A DNA stretch of 63,983 nucleotides, the filler included, from Octopus bimaculoides (taxonomy: Eukaryota): the NCBI RefSeq assembly GCF_001194135.2. It is 8 parts of 6 records of this genome, joined end to end, with 100 filler letters (N's around TTAATTAATTAA, not from the genome) between each part and the next. Parts side by side here need not be neighbours in the genome. Positions count along the whole stretch, not along the records: positions 1 to 13,934 come from NC_068997.1; positions 14,035 to 30,228 come from NC_068993.1; 6 more parts are not named here. One strand, written 5' to 3'. Positions 12,622 through 26,119 of this stretch are shown here, in pieces (the stretch's first letter is position 1; every line of letters begins with the position of its first letter). The notes under the pieces were generated by a model that was given only the letters and a program-made list of their open reading frames with translations, did no database searches and was not told where the DNA came from. Made by a program: the position numbers and the translations under genes.

Positions 12622-12958
12622 AACAACAAACAAGATGAGGACAAATATCCGTCAAATGTAAATAATATATCTATCTATCTATCAACCTCTTTTATATCTT
12701 TACTACGGCGGCCTCTTCTCCACCGATTCAGTTAACTGATTGTCAATCTCTCTCTAGACTTAGCCGTTACACTGATCTCACTTCTCGCTATTAACTTGAC
12801 TCATCCCTCAAATTCTTGATTAGCCACTGTATTCAATTCTTCCTAACACCCAACGCCAAATTTCTGGAGTCCCTTGCGTGGTACACGTTTCGTTTTTCTA
12901 TCTCCTGTAAACATCAACTAACGATGTTCAAATAAAACAACCACTGTAAAGATTTCAC

Positions 12959-13065
12959 CAGTTTCGGGTTGAGGGTAGCTTTGCAAGTTAAAAGCAGTTC
13001 CTCTTCCGTTGAGTAAATCATAAGAAAACGATGATCAATAGACTGGAACTGCAGACGTTCAATGT
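12959..13065 (-). CDS. Candidate coding exon of an unidentified gene
   Basis: Acceptor TTGTTCTTAAAG, 107-nt open frame (D)IERLQFQSIDHRFLMIYSTEEELLLTCKATLNPKL, weak donor GTGAAA. No homology recognised. Confidence 0.2.
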
Positions 13066-13899
13066 CTTTAAGAACAATTTTAAGAACAATTAGGAATGGA
13101 AAAAAACACAAGAGCCACTGAACATCTATTCCGAGAATTTGAAATCTTATCAACATAATTTGCCTGTGTTATAGCTGCTGTGGATGTTCAAGCCCTGGTC
13201 AGACCCTTTTGAACTGTTTGTGGAGATTTGTTATAAAAGACGTGCTAGCCGTAGGAAACCGCAGTCATTCAGTCTCATTCTGTATCTAGAAACTATACTG
13301 TCCAATCCATCCTGCTTTCTTTAAGTAGGTAAGGTGGATATGAGGGATATTTGATTACTCTCTCTAGCTGGTGGAACGAACATAAAAATGCGTTTTTCAT
13401 TGACGAATATACTTGAATACGTGCTTATGTAGCTCTCTACATCTTGTGTAAATATTTATGTGAGAAAAAGGGACAGAGAGAGAGAGACACACACACACAA
13501 ACACACACACACACAGACACACACAGAGAGACACACACAGAGAGACACACACACAGGGACACACACAGAGAGACACAGAGAGACACAGAAAGTCGAGAAC
13601 AATTCTGTAGATTGGATTCTTCTTTTGTTTGTCGTTGTTTTCTTGTAAACTTTTGTCAATGGTTTTAGCAAAGAGTAAAAAGTATTATTAAGAACATAAT
13701 ATTGATATTTATAAAAAGGCGACGAAATAAATCGTTGATTCATAGACTGATTGACTGACTTACAACGTTTCACCTATGTCTGTAAATAAGTACCACATTA
13801 TTTATTTACATATGTGTGTATATCTGTGTTTGAATGCGTGTATATATACGTATATAACATGTCTGACTGTTTATGTGTTTGAGTATTATGTGTGATTAC

Positions 13900-13934
<35 letters not shown>

Positions 13935-14034
13935 NNNNNNNNNNNNNNNNNNNNNNNNNNNNNNNNNNNNNNNNNNNNTTAATTAATTAANNNNNNNNNN
14001 NNNNNNNNNNNNNNNNNNNNNNNNNNNNNNNNNN
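13935..14034. other. Artificial assembly spacer N44-TTAATTAATTAA-N44
   Basis: The same 12-mer sits inside Ns at 13979, 30273, 37240, 46933, 57718, 59074 and 62796. It is self-complementary and has a stop codon in all six frames. Confidence 0.95.
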
Positions 14035-14324
14035 GAAAATAACAACTCTTTTGAAATTATCTTTCTATATTCTTTCCTTTTTTTGTAAGAGATTTGCTTT
14101 AACCAATGTCTAACGCACCTTCTGGCATTTCCGGAGGTTGTGTGCATGAGTTTCTACAACCCATCTTTTTATACTCAAGTAGGCAGACATAAAAATTGCC
14201 TCTGAATATCTCGTAATATAAATCGTAATTTTGAGTGTCGGTTTATAAGATTCTTGACGCATCCGAATCATTCCTACCCAATGAAATATTGAGTCTGAAT
14301 TTTGACACAAGACTAACATTTTGA

Positions 14325-14880
14325 GGTAGAGGTTAAATCGATTAAATTGATCCCGTGATGATCAGCTGGTCCTTTTTTTATTGACCTCGATAAGATGAAA
14401 TGCTAAGTCTCACCTCGGCAAAATTTGAATTCAGAACGGAATAATTACCGCTATGCATTTTGCCCGGCGTGCTAATGCCTCCGCCATTTTGACGCCTTTA
14501 ACTAATACCATATTCGTTTCAAATTTGCGCCCATGAGCAGCATTTTAGGAGAAGGGTAGTCGATTAAATGGATACCAGTGATTAACTGGTACTTATTTAA
14601 CGGACATCGAAATGATAAAAGGCAGAGTTGAGCTCGGCGGAGTTTGAATTCAGAGCGTAAAACCAGACGAAATGCCGCTAGGCATTTTTCAGCCAGTGCG
14701 CTATTGATTCCGCCAGCTCGCAGCCTTAGGCCAATGAAATATCCGTTTCACACAAGGAGAACAATTTCCTGGAGGAGTTAAGTTGTGAATATCGACCCTA
14801 ATGTTCAACTGGTCCATATTTTATCGACATTAAAGATTAAAATGTAAATTTAACCTCGGCGAAATTTGAACTCAGAACTG
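14325..14880 (-). mobile_element. Three adjacent decayed SINE-C copies
   Basis: CTCGGC.AAATTTGAA.TCAGA recurs at about 14415, 14635 and 14855. Confidence 0.75.
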
Positions 14881-14884
14881 TGAT

Positions 14885-16160
14885 ACTTCGTATTTCAAGA
14901 AATCTTCAGCTAATTGTGCACTAGTATATCAATTGTCGGTTGTCATGTAGCTGCATGTGCCGAAGTTTGGCACAGCCAGACGCAGCGTAATTTCACGTGG
15001 CTTATTGGAAAGCTAGAACGGACCATCAAGTTGTTTTCCTTGGTACACTTCCATATTGCATATGTAATTAGTTTTAGTGCCACATAAGCAGTACAGCTTT
15101 ATTCCATATTTAGCTGGTTTCAGAGGCACGTAGTGCACACATCCAGATGTGACTCGCAAAGCTTCAAGAGCTTCATCGAGAGTCAAAGTCTCTTTAGGAT
15201 TGTTGATCCGACGAAAAGCTGCTAACACCCTTTCAAAAATGTCTCGAACTGTAGCTAGGCGGTTGGGTGCACACCGCTAATCACTTGTAGCACTGTCATT
15301 GAAAGGCACTTGACATGAGAAAATTTTGAAGCGTCTGTAAGACATCAACAGATCGCAAGAAGTCCCTCCCACTTCCATCCGATTTCAGAGGACATCAGTT
15401 TCGTGACAAGAACCTTGCTGAGCCGCAGAGATAACTATGATTCCTCAAACAGCTGAAATTTCGAGACTGGTTATTTAAGTAGCATTGTATTAGGACTTGT
15501 ATCGCTCCTTGTCCTCCCTTCTGAAATCTTTGTTTTCTATGATCAGGAATTTCGTTTATCCAAATTTGGGGTTTAAACAGGCCAAAGATTTCCAATCGAG
15601 TTTTACATTCCTTGCAATGCCCATTGGATCCGGTTTTCCTGTTACTATGTTCTTGGCTCCACGCTGCACATTGACACGAAAAGGGGGATCCTTCCACTCA
15701 GCTCCTGACTTTGCGTGCATGACACCTTCTGCAGCATCACTTTCGCTATTCTCATCAGAACTTGACAACTCTTGCTCTGACACGGAGTCAAGCTCATCTT
15801 TCTCAATCAATTATTCTTCGGATGCAGAATCACTTAACTCATTCTCAAAGTCAGAAAGATCTGAATCGCGTTTCATCAATCCTAGCACACGTTTCGATGC
15901 CATTTTTGAACCTGAGAAAATAAAAAGTAAAAAGTAAAATAATATAACATTCAGAGTCTAAATGGGTCAAAGTCACAGACATAAATCCTGGAGAACACTG
16001 GAGAACCACTGCAGAAAAAACATTTCCAATTTACCACTCGCTTATCCGTCTAAGAGGGACAACTAGAGAAAAGGATAGACAAGTGCAACTAACAGCGCAA
16101 AAATTATGGCGAAAAATGTACCTTCATATGTCAAAATGACACATTTCGACCCGATAAAGG
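14885..16160 (-). mobile_element. piggyBac-like transposon remnant
   Basis: TLTLDEAL...YVPLKPAKYGIKLYCLC..NYICNMEVYQGK, a downstream TTDN*YTS motif, an acidic N-terminus, and a terminus CCTTTATCGGGTCG next to a degenerate TTAA (TTAC, 16161). Confidence 0.85.
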
Positions 16161-16161
16161 T

Positions 16162-16399
16162 TACTTTTTTATTGTTTCAGTCATTTGACTGTGGCCATGC
16201 TGGAGCACCGCCTTTAGTCGAGCAAATCGACTCCAGGACTTATTCTTTGAAAGCCTAGTACTTATTCTATCGGTGTATTTTGCCGAACCGCAAAGTTACG
16301 GCGACGTAAAAACACCAGCGTCAGTTGTCGAGCGATGTTGGGGGGACAAACACAGACACACAAAAATATACACACACATACATACACATGCACACACAT

Positions 16400-16478
<79 letters not shown>

Positions 16479-16639
16479 CGTTGGGCTTCTTTCAGTTTCC
16501 GTCTACCAAATCTACTCACAAGGCTTTGGTCATCCCGAAGCTATAGTAAAAGACACCCAAGGTGCCATGCAGGGTGTGACTGAACTCGGAACCATGTGGT
16601 TAGTAAGCGAGCTACTTATCACACAGCCATTCCTGCGCC
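16162..16639 (-). mobile_element. SINE family A, full length with internal microsatellite
   Basis: Minus strand begins AGGCGCAGGAATGGCTGTGTG; (TA)n/(CA)n lies in the middle; tail ...ATGACTGAAAC. Partial copies lie at about 16890-17090 and 17270-17450. Confidence 0.9.
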
Positions 16640-17728
16640 TAAGCGAGAATTTTTTTTTTTTTATAGTAAACTGTAATGAAAAGCAGATCAAATATCTTTC
16701 AAATAGATTTGAACTTCTCTTACGTTAGTATATACTGAATCATTGCTTCGTGCATCATCTTACGCGTATGTATGTATATTTATACATTCATGGATATTCA
16801 TTTGAGATCCAGTTCAATGTATTGATCATTTGATCTGATATGGTGCAATGATATGCTACACATTATACACACATATACACATATCTTTCTGGTTTTACTT
16901 GTTTCAGTCATTTGATTGCAGCAATGCGGGTGGTACCACCTTGTAGTTTTTCTGTAGAACAAATCAAACTCGAGACATATTTTTAAGGCCTAGTACTTAT
17001 TCCATCGAGTTTTTTCGCCAAACCACTATGCTACAGGGACGAAAATACACCAACGCCGGTTGTTGTCAAGCGGTGGTGAGGAACAAACAAACTGTATGCG
17101 GTTACTAACGCAAAAAATGTCTTAGTTTTGTGTATGTTTTATTTTCATTTTTAGCTTTCGTTTATTTAAGGGGATATCTTTTATAACATCCCTGGAGGAG
17201 AAATAACGTTTCTAGTATATTCCGTTTTCTGATCCTATCACTTGTTACATATATACTTGTATACACACAGACACACACACATACATACATACATACATAC
17301 AAACATACATACATACATACGCCGAGCATCTTTCATCCGAAAGGCTTTGGTCGACCCAAGAACATCTGTCCAAAATGCCATGCAGCAGGACTGAACCCGA
17401 AAACATGTGATTGAGAAGCAAACTTCTTACCACACGGCCATGCCAGCACCTATGTATTCGGAATATGAGCAAAATTAAGAGACTGAACCATCAGACAAAT
17501 AGACAAATACAAATGCAGTGAGAGGAGAAATGCAAATATAGAACGCAGCAAAGAAGATGAAAATACAATACATATGCATAAAATAGGACAGACGGAGAGA
17601 GCCGGAGAGAGGCTGGAAGAGACGGAGAAATAATAATGTAGGATCGTGTGCATGAATGAATGAGAGAGGAAGAGAGAAAGAGAGAGAGAGAGAGAGANNN
17701 NNNNNNNGAGAGAGAGAGAGAGAGAGAG

Positions 17729-17765
<37 letters not shown>

Positions 17766-18600
17766 GAGAGAGAGATGTTGAGACTGGAATACAAAAGAAA
17801 ATTCAAAACATAAAAACGTTTGAGTAAATTTGTTTTAATATTTGTGTGTATATGGAATGAAAAAAAAGACATATTTTGTAAATATCAACATATATTTCTT
17901 TGGAAAAGATGTATAGAACATCAGTTCCTAATGGCATGATTTCATTTAAAATATGTCTATACAGACGTGAAAACCTCTGGGGATATTTTCTATAAATTTC
18001 TACAACAAAGAAACTATGATTTCATAGTATTTTGGAGTTTCATTAGGTTTTGTGTTCTAATTTTGACAAGAGATTTGACTAAGCTTGCCAATGGATTCTC
18101 TTAGCAGTTACATTTATTTTCCTTTCAGAATATGTCTTAGCATTCAGTAGCTATTGGTTTATGGTATTGTGTAGAGATAGGTAAGAAATGTTTAGATACT
18201 ATTACGTACTTACATGTACATGTATATATTTGTATGTTTGTGTGTGCGTATGTGACAGGGAAAATAATTTGTATGCGCGTGTAAACGGTTCATACATTTG
18301 TGCTTCTGTTTATACACACAAAAACACATACACGCGCGCGGAGACACAAACTAATTTCGTGTTCGTATGCTCGTGGATGTGCGCGATGTATCTATCTATC
18401 TGTCTATCTGTAAATCTAGCTATTTATTTATTTCTCTCTTACTCTGTCTCTNNNNNNNNNNNNNNNNNNNNNNNNNNNNNNNNNNNNNNNNNNNNNNNNN
18501 NNNNNNNNNNNNNNNNNNNNNNNNNNNNNNNNNNNNNNNNNNNNNNNNNNNNNNNNNNNNNNNNNNNNNNNNNNNNNNNNNNNNNNNNNNNNNNNNNNNN

Positions 18601-18634
<34 letters not shown>

Positions 18635-18644
18635 TCATATATAT

Positions 18645-18681
<37 letters not shown>

Positions 18682-20969
18682 CATATATATATGTATATGC
18701 GATACTTAAATAAAATATTGATGTGCAACAGGACATATGTAATTACATATACAAACATCCATTTGTATAAGAAAAAAAGTCACCCGTTCTTTACACATGT
18801 TAATTTAACATTGGAAACAACATATTTACAATGCATATTCATCTTGCAAGATTTGTTATTGTTGCAGTTATTGTTGTACGTCTTAGACTTTAGGCAGAAA
18901 CAAAATCTAGCAAAACATTCACAATGGAATAAAACGTGATAGGCGTTTTTGCCTATATTTTCTTTCAATTATGACATGTTTTTGATAATCCTCGACGGAA
19001 TGTATCGCAATTCAACATCGCATATGCTGCTTGTGTATCAGAGTAAATTAATTTTTCTTCCTTTTTTTTTATTTAATTATTTATATTTTTGCCTGATCAA
19101 TAATGCTATATGTATAAAGAAAATTTCATTACTATTCTAGAAAATTACGTATATATAGGTTTTATTCTTCAGAACAAAAGATGATCAAAATATGGCGTAG
19201 AGAGATATCATTTATAAAGTTTTGTTTGTATATTATGAATTAATCTATAGAATAGAAGGCGGCTGCACTTGATTTCAATTCTTTATCATCCTTGCTTTTA
19301 ATAACAGAGTTAAGTGAATAAATAAGAGATTGATAGAAAGATTGAATTATAAAGAGATGCATTGAACGTGGGAAAGAAAATGGAGAAACTGGATTCAACA
19401 TAATACTTTTCCGATGATTCTCTATATTTCGCTTAATTATTACTGATTTCCAAATATTAATTAATCTTTATATATTGATTTTAAAGCAGCTGAGTGTGAA
19501 GCCAGCGGTGTCATATGTGACAACTTCAGAAAACTGGTAATGAGGTTTAGGTGGCTGGTATTGTAATTCTCTGAACCTGTGGTGATACAAGAAGTGTTGT
19601 AGAGGTTGGTGTCGTAATCAGATAGCTGTTGTTGGTATTATGAGAACCTGTGGTGTTGGTATTGACTAAGTGAGAGAAAATATTTTATCAATTTTGCTAG
19701 TGGACAAATTAAATGCGAGGTATATTAATGAAATGTAATCTGGGAATACGATTTTTGGCCCTATTCTTTTTTATTCATTTACTTTATTTAACAAATTCTT
19801 CAAAACCTTTGATTTATTTCTAGATTTTTTTTTTACTTCTTTTTAATTGAAATCGTAAATTGTAAATAAATATTATGATTTGCATCTGTTTATTTTATTT
19901 TATGTTATTTTTTTCCCTCTTCTGCTAAAGAGTAAATTATTTGCGAAATCTGTTCAGAGATTCATATAAAATTCCCAAATCAATATAGAATCAGTCTAAT
20001 CGATGAATTCTTTGCTGCAGCGAGTCAATATTTTCTTTCTCTCTTTCACTTTCTAATTCTCTCCATTACTAACGAATCTCTCACTCCCCCTCTCCACCTC
20101 ACTCTCTCTTACTCTCTCTAGTTCTGTCTTCATCATTATTGCCCTTTGTTTCATGATTTCGCTTTCCTCCCTATGTCAAGAGTAAACCGTTATTATTTTT
20201 TCACAGCAATGTCAACTCTATTTCAAACACTCACGTTACAAATGGCGTTCCATCCACTGTTAAACAACTTAGAAATAACAGATACGAACATACACTATCA
20301 ATGAAAAACACATTGACACACCCATACATATGAATGCGCTTATAACTGGAGAAACCAATATAAACACAAGCTATCCACAAACTACGAATACACACATACA
20401 GATGGTTTAATTAAGCCGATAAATATAGTTTCTCTCCACCACATTTTTTCGTAATCTCCATTTAAAATCAATCACTGATGACGTTACAGACGCTGTATCG
20501 TATTTGTTCTTCTAACTGATTTGTAATAGCTACATTCATACGGTGTCTATTGGAAGGGAGAGAACCAAGAAATCCGTTCCAAAATTTGCATTTTATATTT
20601 GCTTAAGTCATTCTATTTATGCTTACCGGAAGTATGTTGAAACAGGATCAGCTCAGAAAAATATCCAGCAAACATAAAAAGTAAAAAAAAAAAAAAAACA
20701 ATTAAGCCATATGATATGAACATTGAAACTTCATCTAGCAGGGAAACTTGTGGGTTAAACATTTCGTTATAATAAATAAATAGTGTCCACGATGTTTATA
20801 ATTAGAAATAATCGCATTTATGTCACTTGTCATCGAAGGAGAAAACCAGGTTTAGAAATGCTGTACATTTCATTACTCAATCTGCGCGTGTTGGCACACA
20901 CACATACACACAGACACACACATATATTCTCACGCACATATGCATATATACAAATAGATAGATAGATAC

Positions 20970-21021
<52 letters not shown>

Positions 21022-21244
21022 ATTAAATTGAGAGGTAAACAAACTTAGACAAAGGGATGTCTATATTTAAAAACAAAAACGCTAGCACCTCAAAACATTT
21101 TTTTCATGCAAAGACACATTCACAGACACGCACACATACACGCGCACACACACACACACACATACACATACATATACATATGTGTGTGTGTGATATATAT
21201 ACATATATATATACGTATAGACATATCAATATATATATGAAGAC

Positions 21245-21545
21245 GCATAGCTCAGTGGTTAGAGCGTCAAACTCACAATCATGGGATAATGAGTTCGATT
21301 CCCGAACCGGGCTGTGTCTTGTGTTCGTGAGCAAGACACTTTATTTTAGTTGCTCCAATTTACTCAGCTGTAGAAATGAATTGCCACTTCACTGGTGCCA
21401 ATTGCATCGGGTTTGCCTTTCCTTTTGATAGCATCGGTGGCGTAAAGAGGGGGATCTGCTATGCATGGACGACTCCTGATCTTCCAGAAAAAAACGTTGC
21501 CGGACGTGTGCCTAGGATGGTAACATTCTAGGTGCAATCCCATGA
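21245..21545 (+). mobile_element. tRNA-derived SINE, separate family
   Basis: TAGCTCAGTGGTTAGAGC A-box, GAGTTCGATTCC B-box, then GAGCAAGACACTTTAT core. Confidence 0.75.
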
Positions 21546-22689
21546 ACATTAATCTTCATCCTATTGAATAAAATAGAGCAGTGTCGTAAAATTGAACAGA
21601 TGGAGAGAGAGAAAGAGAGAGAGAGAGAGAGATGTATAGATAAATAAATGGCTGCATGACAGAAAACTGCGTATCAATGCACACAGTAGTCTGTTAGGAA
21701 TATAAGAATGAGCAGAAAATGTTACCATCTATCGTTATTTATAAGATATCAATGAATATAACCCAATCATTTTGCGACAATCAAATTTTTGAAGTAATTA
21801 AAGAACACATTGAGAAAACATGTGAGCATGTATTTAGTGAACTAAAACCGATTAAGTTTCATGTTAAGATAATATTTTAATCTATATAGTGTTGAATCTG
21901 TATGTAATTCATTAAATTCGTATATATTCTAATACAAATTAAGTAATGTAGAAATACATTTAAATTTAACTAATGTTTATTTGATTACTATTGCATACAA
22001 ACATATGTATATTTGTGTGCTTTTGTATGTATACCATAACAAACGAATGGGTACGAAACAATGACAAATAGATATTGTACAGTATTCTTTCACGAGAAGA
22101 TAAAAATATACAGCCTAGAGAAGCTTCATTCAATATCTTAATTCTCAGGCGATTTAATAATCAATGGAGTGATTGCAAATCACTTAGATTCAAGCCTCTC
22201 AATATTAAATTAATTTCTAACTTTGAGTAGATTTCTAAACATTCTCAGACTCTTTTATATACAGCTTCTCTGTCTAGAAATACTGTTTTAAAAAATACGA
22301 TTGATGCCAAAACCGTTAGAGGTCCAATTGTGTGTATTATACTTTTTAATACTTGTCTGAATTGGTGATAGTTAAAGTGTCAGTTCTTACATCATATGTC
22401 ACTAATACGTTCAGTCCAATAAAACTAATTAAATTGCCAATTCGCTTGTCTTCTGTTATCACCTAAGAGACATTACGGATAATTCACTCATCGGCTACTC
22501 TGTTGTCTTATGTGAATATATCGTTTATCTCCATGAGATTTGTCATGTTTATATTGCAATCAGTTTTACTGAAATATGTTAAACAACTAAATGTATTATT
22601 TTGAGATTGTTTATTCTCGATAACTATGGAAGAATACATCAATATTTGTTTCAAATAAATCACATTTGTTTGTTTGTGTGGTGAAGAAG

Positions 22690-23160
22690 TGCGCTTTATT
22701 TCGGGGTTCACTCTCACTACTCGGCATTTTCGGCGTCTTCCACTATAGCCATGGACCTATCAGCGTCATGCGGGTAAATTTTGTTGGTAGAAACTGAGTA
22801 GAAGCCCATCGTTATATCTATATGTGTGTGTTTGTTTGTGTGTGAGTGTGTGTTTGTCTGTGTATGCGTGTCTATGTGTCTGTGTCTTTTTGTTTGTGTT
22901 TGTCAGTTCCCACCGCTAGACAATAGGTTTTTGTTAGTTTACGTCCACGCAGAACTGAACAGTTTGGAAAAAATGATATTTTTATCAGTATTTCAAAGAA
23001 GCAGCACTTGTCACATTCTGTGTCACGCTGAAACTCCCTTAGAACTACCTTAAAGGTACGCGTGTCTGTGAACTACTCAACCACTTTCAAGTCAATGTAT
23101 TGCGCAAGCAGTTAGGTTGATTGAATCAACTGGAACCCTCGACGTAGTATCTGACGGAGG
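22690..23160 (+). mobile_element. Old chimeric SINE with A-like 5' body and B-like 3' tail
   Basis: TCTTCCACTATAGCC...GGTAGAAACTGA (family A-like) and CTTGTCACATTCTGTGTCACGCTGAA...CAACTGGAACCCTCGACGT (family B-like). Confidence 0.6.
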
Positions 23161-23908
23161 GCCAGTTATTATCATTGGTGGATTGTTTACTTAATAATGT
23201 ATAATATATTCCTTTCTCGTTTGTTTTAAAGGCATAGCAATTAATAGATTTAGGCCGTGTTAGCATTTATGTAAAGGAATAAATTGTAAGATACAAATGG
23301 TCGACTGCATGCTGCTTTTCTCTTAAGGTCACTTAAAAATGAGATCCACATGTGCCGGAAATGCAGCGTATCAGGACACAACAAGCTGGATACTATACAA
23401 TAGCAGGCACACATTATGAAGATCGTTGTCCAGACTCTGTCACTGAACATGTCTTCAACAGACCACCTAATAAAACCCACATATCTAAGGATAACGTATG
23501 CTTTTTGCGCTTGCCATATTTTAACGAAAACTCAAGCGCTGGGTGATCCGTAGAGAGAGATTCAGTATACGGCCAAAACACACCGGACACTCCACATCCA
23601 AGTTCCTATTTAAAAACGGAACAAGTGAACGCCATATACATGTTGCCCAACCGCACGAGCAACGAATAAAATGTATGTCAACTGTGTTTATTAAGTGGTG
23701 TATAAACTCACGTGTAGTAAACATAATGATTTAATGCAGCATATTAATTCTTATCATTCGAATGTTTTTTGCATTTATAACAAATTAAAAACATACACAC
23801 ACAGAGTTAGATATATATACATGTATGTATACGTATATACATGTGTATATGTGTGCGTGTGTGAGTGAGTGTGTGTGTGCGTGCGTGCAAGAGGGTGCGA
23901 GTGTACAT

Positions 23909-24152
23909 AAATCCTCTCACTTAAGCTTATAAGGCTGGTTTTCCGGATTCTGTGTTTTCCACCCGGATGAGATGTATTTTCCACCCGGATGAGACACTGA
24001 CCATACTCGGGAAATAAAGAAAATAAATCCCCTCACTTAAGGATTTATGTCCCGTATTTACCGCGAATGGTCAGTGTTTCGTCCGTGTGGAAAATACATA
24101 CACCACAGAATCCGGAAAGCCAGTCTTATAAGCTTATATCATGAGAAGGATT
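23909..24152. repeat. Palindromic (fold-back) element
   Basis: Arms at about 23922-24016 and 24055-24136 are reverse complements (AAGCTTATAAG.CTGG.TTTCCGGATTCTGTG...CACTGACCAT). The left arm has a tandem duplication of TTTTCCACCCGGATGAGA. Confidence 0.8.
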
Positions 24153-25465
24153 CTTAATCTATTTCTGACCTCTCGCTCATAAGCGAACTATTTCATTATT
24201 TTTATTTTGTTTTCGCATGGCTTCTCACAGGAGGAATTACAGAACCTATGACATTTATCAGAATATACAGAAATAATAGGAGGAAGACAGGAATGTATTT
24301 TTCAGACTGAGGACGTCACACCAGTGTTAACATCGAACGATATTTCCCTATAAGCACTGAATAACCAGGTGGAAGTTGGGGGTTAAACCAGGTGAGAGAT
24401 TACGTATGCCATCCAATTATATATATCGATCAGTGTGCTTTATGAAGCCAATTGAATTGTGGAACATCTGATCTTGAATAAAGTGATTTGAAAAACAGTG
24501 AAATAAAGGAAAATAAAATCAATATGCAATTACTGCAAGTGAAAACTGTAACCAAGCGGTTAAATGCCATTTCCTGCAATAGTCTAACTTGTCTAAATTT
24601 TGTAGCAACTATCAATGGTATAATAAATGTCATTTCATTATACATTTGCAAAAATATACTCTACGAAGAGAAAACAGTCACTCTTGCTATATTATTTTAT
24701 TGATAAAATTATTTTTTCGTGTGTAATCATTTGTTGTTTAAATGAATAGAGATGATATATTTCGTGAGTCATTTTTTTCGTTTCACCTCTCTGTCTTTCT
24801 GTATATGTATATATGTGTGTGTGTGTGTGTATGTATGAATGTATATATACATACGTTCATATATATATATACATATATATANNNNNNNNNNNNNNNNNNN
24901 NNNNNNNNNNNNNNNNNNNNNNNNNNNNNNNNNNNNNNNNNNNNNNNNNNNNNNNNNNNNNNNNNNNNNNNNNNNNNNNNNNNNNNNNNNNNNNNNNNNN
25001 NNNNNNNNNNNNNNNNNNNNNNNNNNNNNNNNNNNNNNNNNNNNNNNNNNNNNNNNNNNNNNNNNNNNNNNNNNNNNNNNNNNNNNNTATATATATGTAT
25101 GTATGTATGTATGTATTTATATATATTCACCCACACACTCACACACAGATACACACACGCACATATGTATACATACATACATATACATATATAGGTATGT
25201 GCGAGCGCGCGGATCTATGAGCATATTTGCAGGTGTCTTTATATTTGTATGGATGTATGGATATATTTGTCTTCATAATTTCCGTTTAGTATAGCCTAAT
25301 CGTACAATCAGTGAAGTCAAAAGGAAATGAAAATATTCACTTAAATTCTCATTGTACATAAGATATATGCGATATCTAACCACACTCACACATGTAAACT
25401 CTCATACATATATATATATACATAAATATATAGATATGTATGTAGATGTGTATATATATATATAT

Positions 25466-25692
25466 ACTCTTTTTACTTGTTTCAGTCATTTGACTGCGGC
25501 CATGCTGGAGCACCACCTTTAGTCGAGCAAATCGACCCCAGGACTTATTCTTTGTAAGCTCAGTACTTGTTCTATCGGTCTCTTTTGCCGAACCGCTAAG
25601 TTACGGGGACGTAAACACACCAGCATCGGTTGTCAAGCGATTTTGGGGGGTCAAACACAGACACAGAGACACACATATATACATATATACAC

Positions 25693-25725
<33 letters not shown>

Positions 25726-26119
25726 NNNNNNNNNNNNNNNNNNNNNNNNNNNNNNNNNNNNNNNNNNNNNNNNNNNNNNNNNNNNNNNNNNNNNNNNNNN
25801 NNNNNNNNNNNNNNNNNNNNNNNNNNNNNNNNNNNNNNNNNNNNNNNNNNNNNNNNNNNNNNNNNNNNNNNNNNNNNNNNNNNNNNNNNNNNNNNNNNNN
25901 NNNNNNNNNNNNNNNNNNNNNNNNNNNNNNNNNNNNNNNNNNNNNNNNNNNNNNNNNNNTATATACACATATATACACATATATACATATATACGACGGG
26001 CTTCTTTCAGTTTCCGTCTACCAAATCCACTCACAAGGCTTTGGTCGGCCCGAGGCTATAGTAGGAGACGCTTGCCCAAGGTTTCACGCAGTGGGACTGA
26101 ACCCGGAACCATGTGGTTG
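25466..26119 (-). mobile_element. SINE family A with its internal microsatellite falling in an N gap
   Basis: Both halves match the family A consensus and flank (TA)n plus Ns. Confidence 0.9.

Larger units (their letters stand above)
11060..12667 (+). mobile_element. Penelope-like element (RT plus GIY-YIG), frameshifted, with 3' pseudo-LTR
   Basis: GLAMCSLLSPIITNIYME, LRYVDDTF, YLNFNSHQP, NNYP, and CVYSIPCSCGRIYKGET..EH (GIY-YIG) spread over frameshifted ORFs 10750-12322. Confidence 0.92.

Noticed and set aside
13979-13990. Recurrent TTAATTAATTAA (7 copies) as a biological motif, piggyBac site or homeodomain site
   Set aside because: It is always centred in a 100-bp N block and is a six-frame stop linker added during scaffolding.
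19487-19536. Small candidate exon (AECEASGVICDNFRKL), and similar ones at about 13763, 20627 and 26305
   Set aside because: Splice-like signals of this strength are expected by chance, and the reading frame is ambiguous.
23290-23546. CRKCSVSGHNK zinc-knuckle-like peptide and the overlapping 64-aa ORF
   Set aside because: The fourth ligand is missing, stops are nearby, and there are no usable splice sites or supporting domains.
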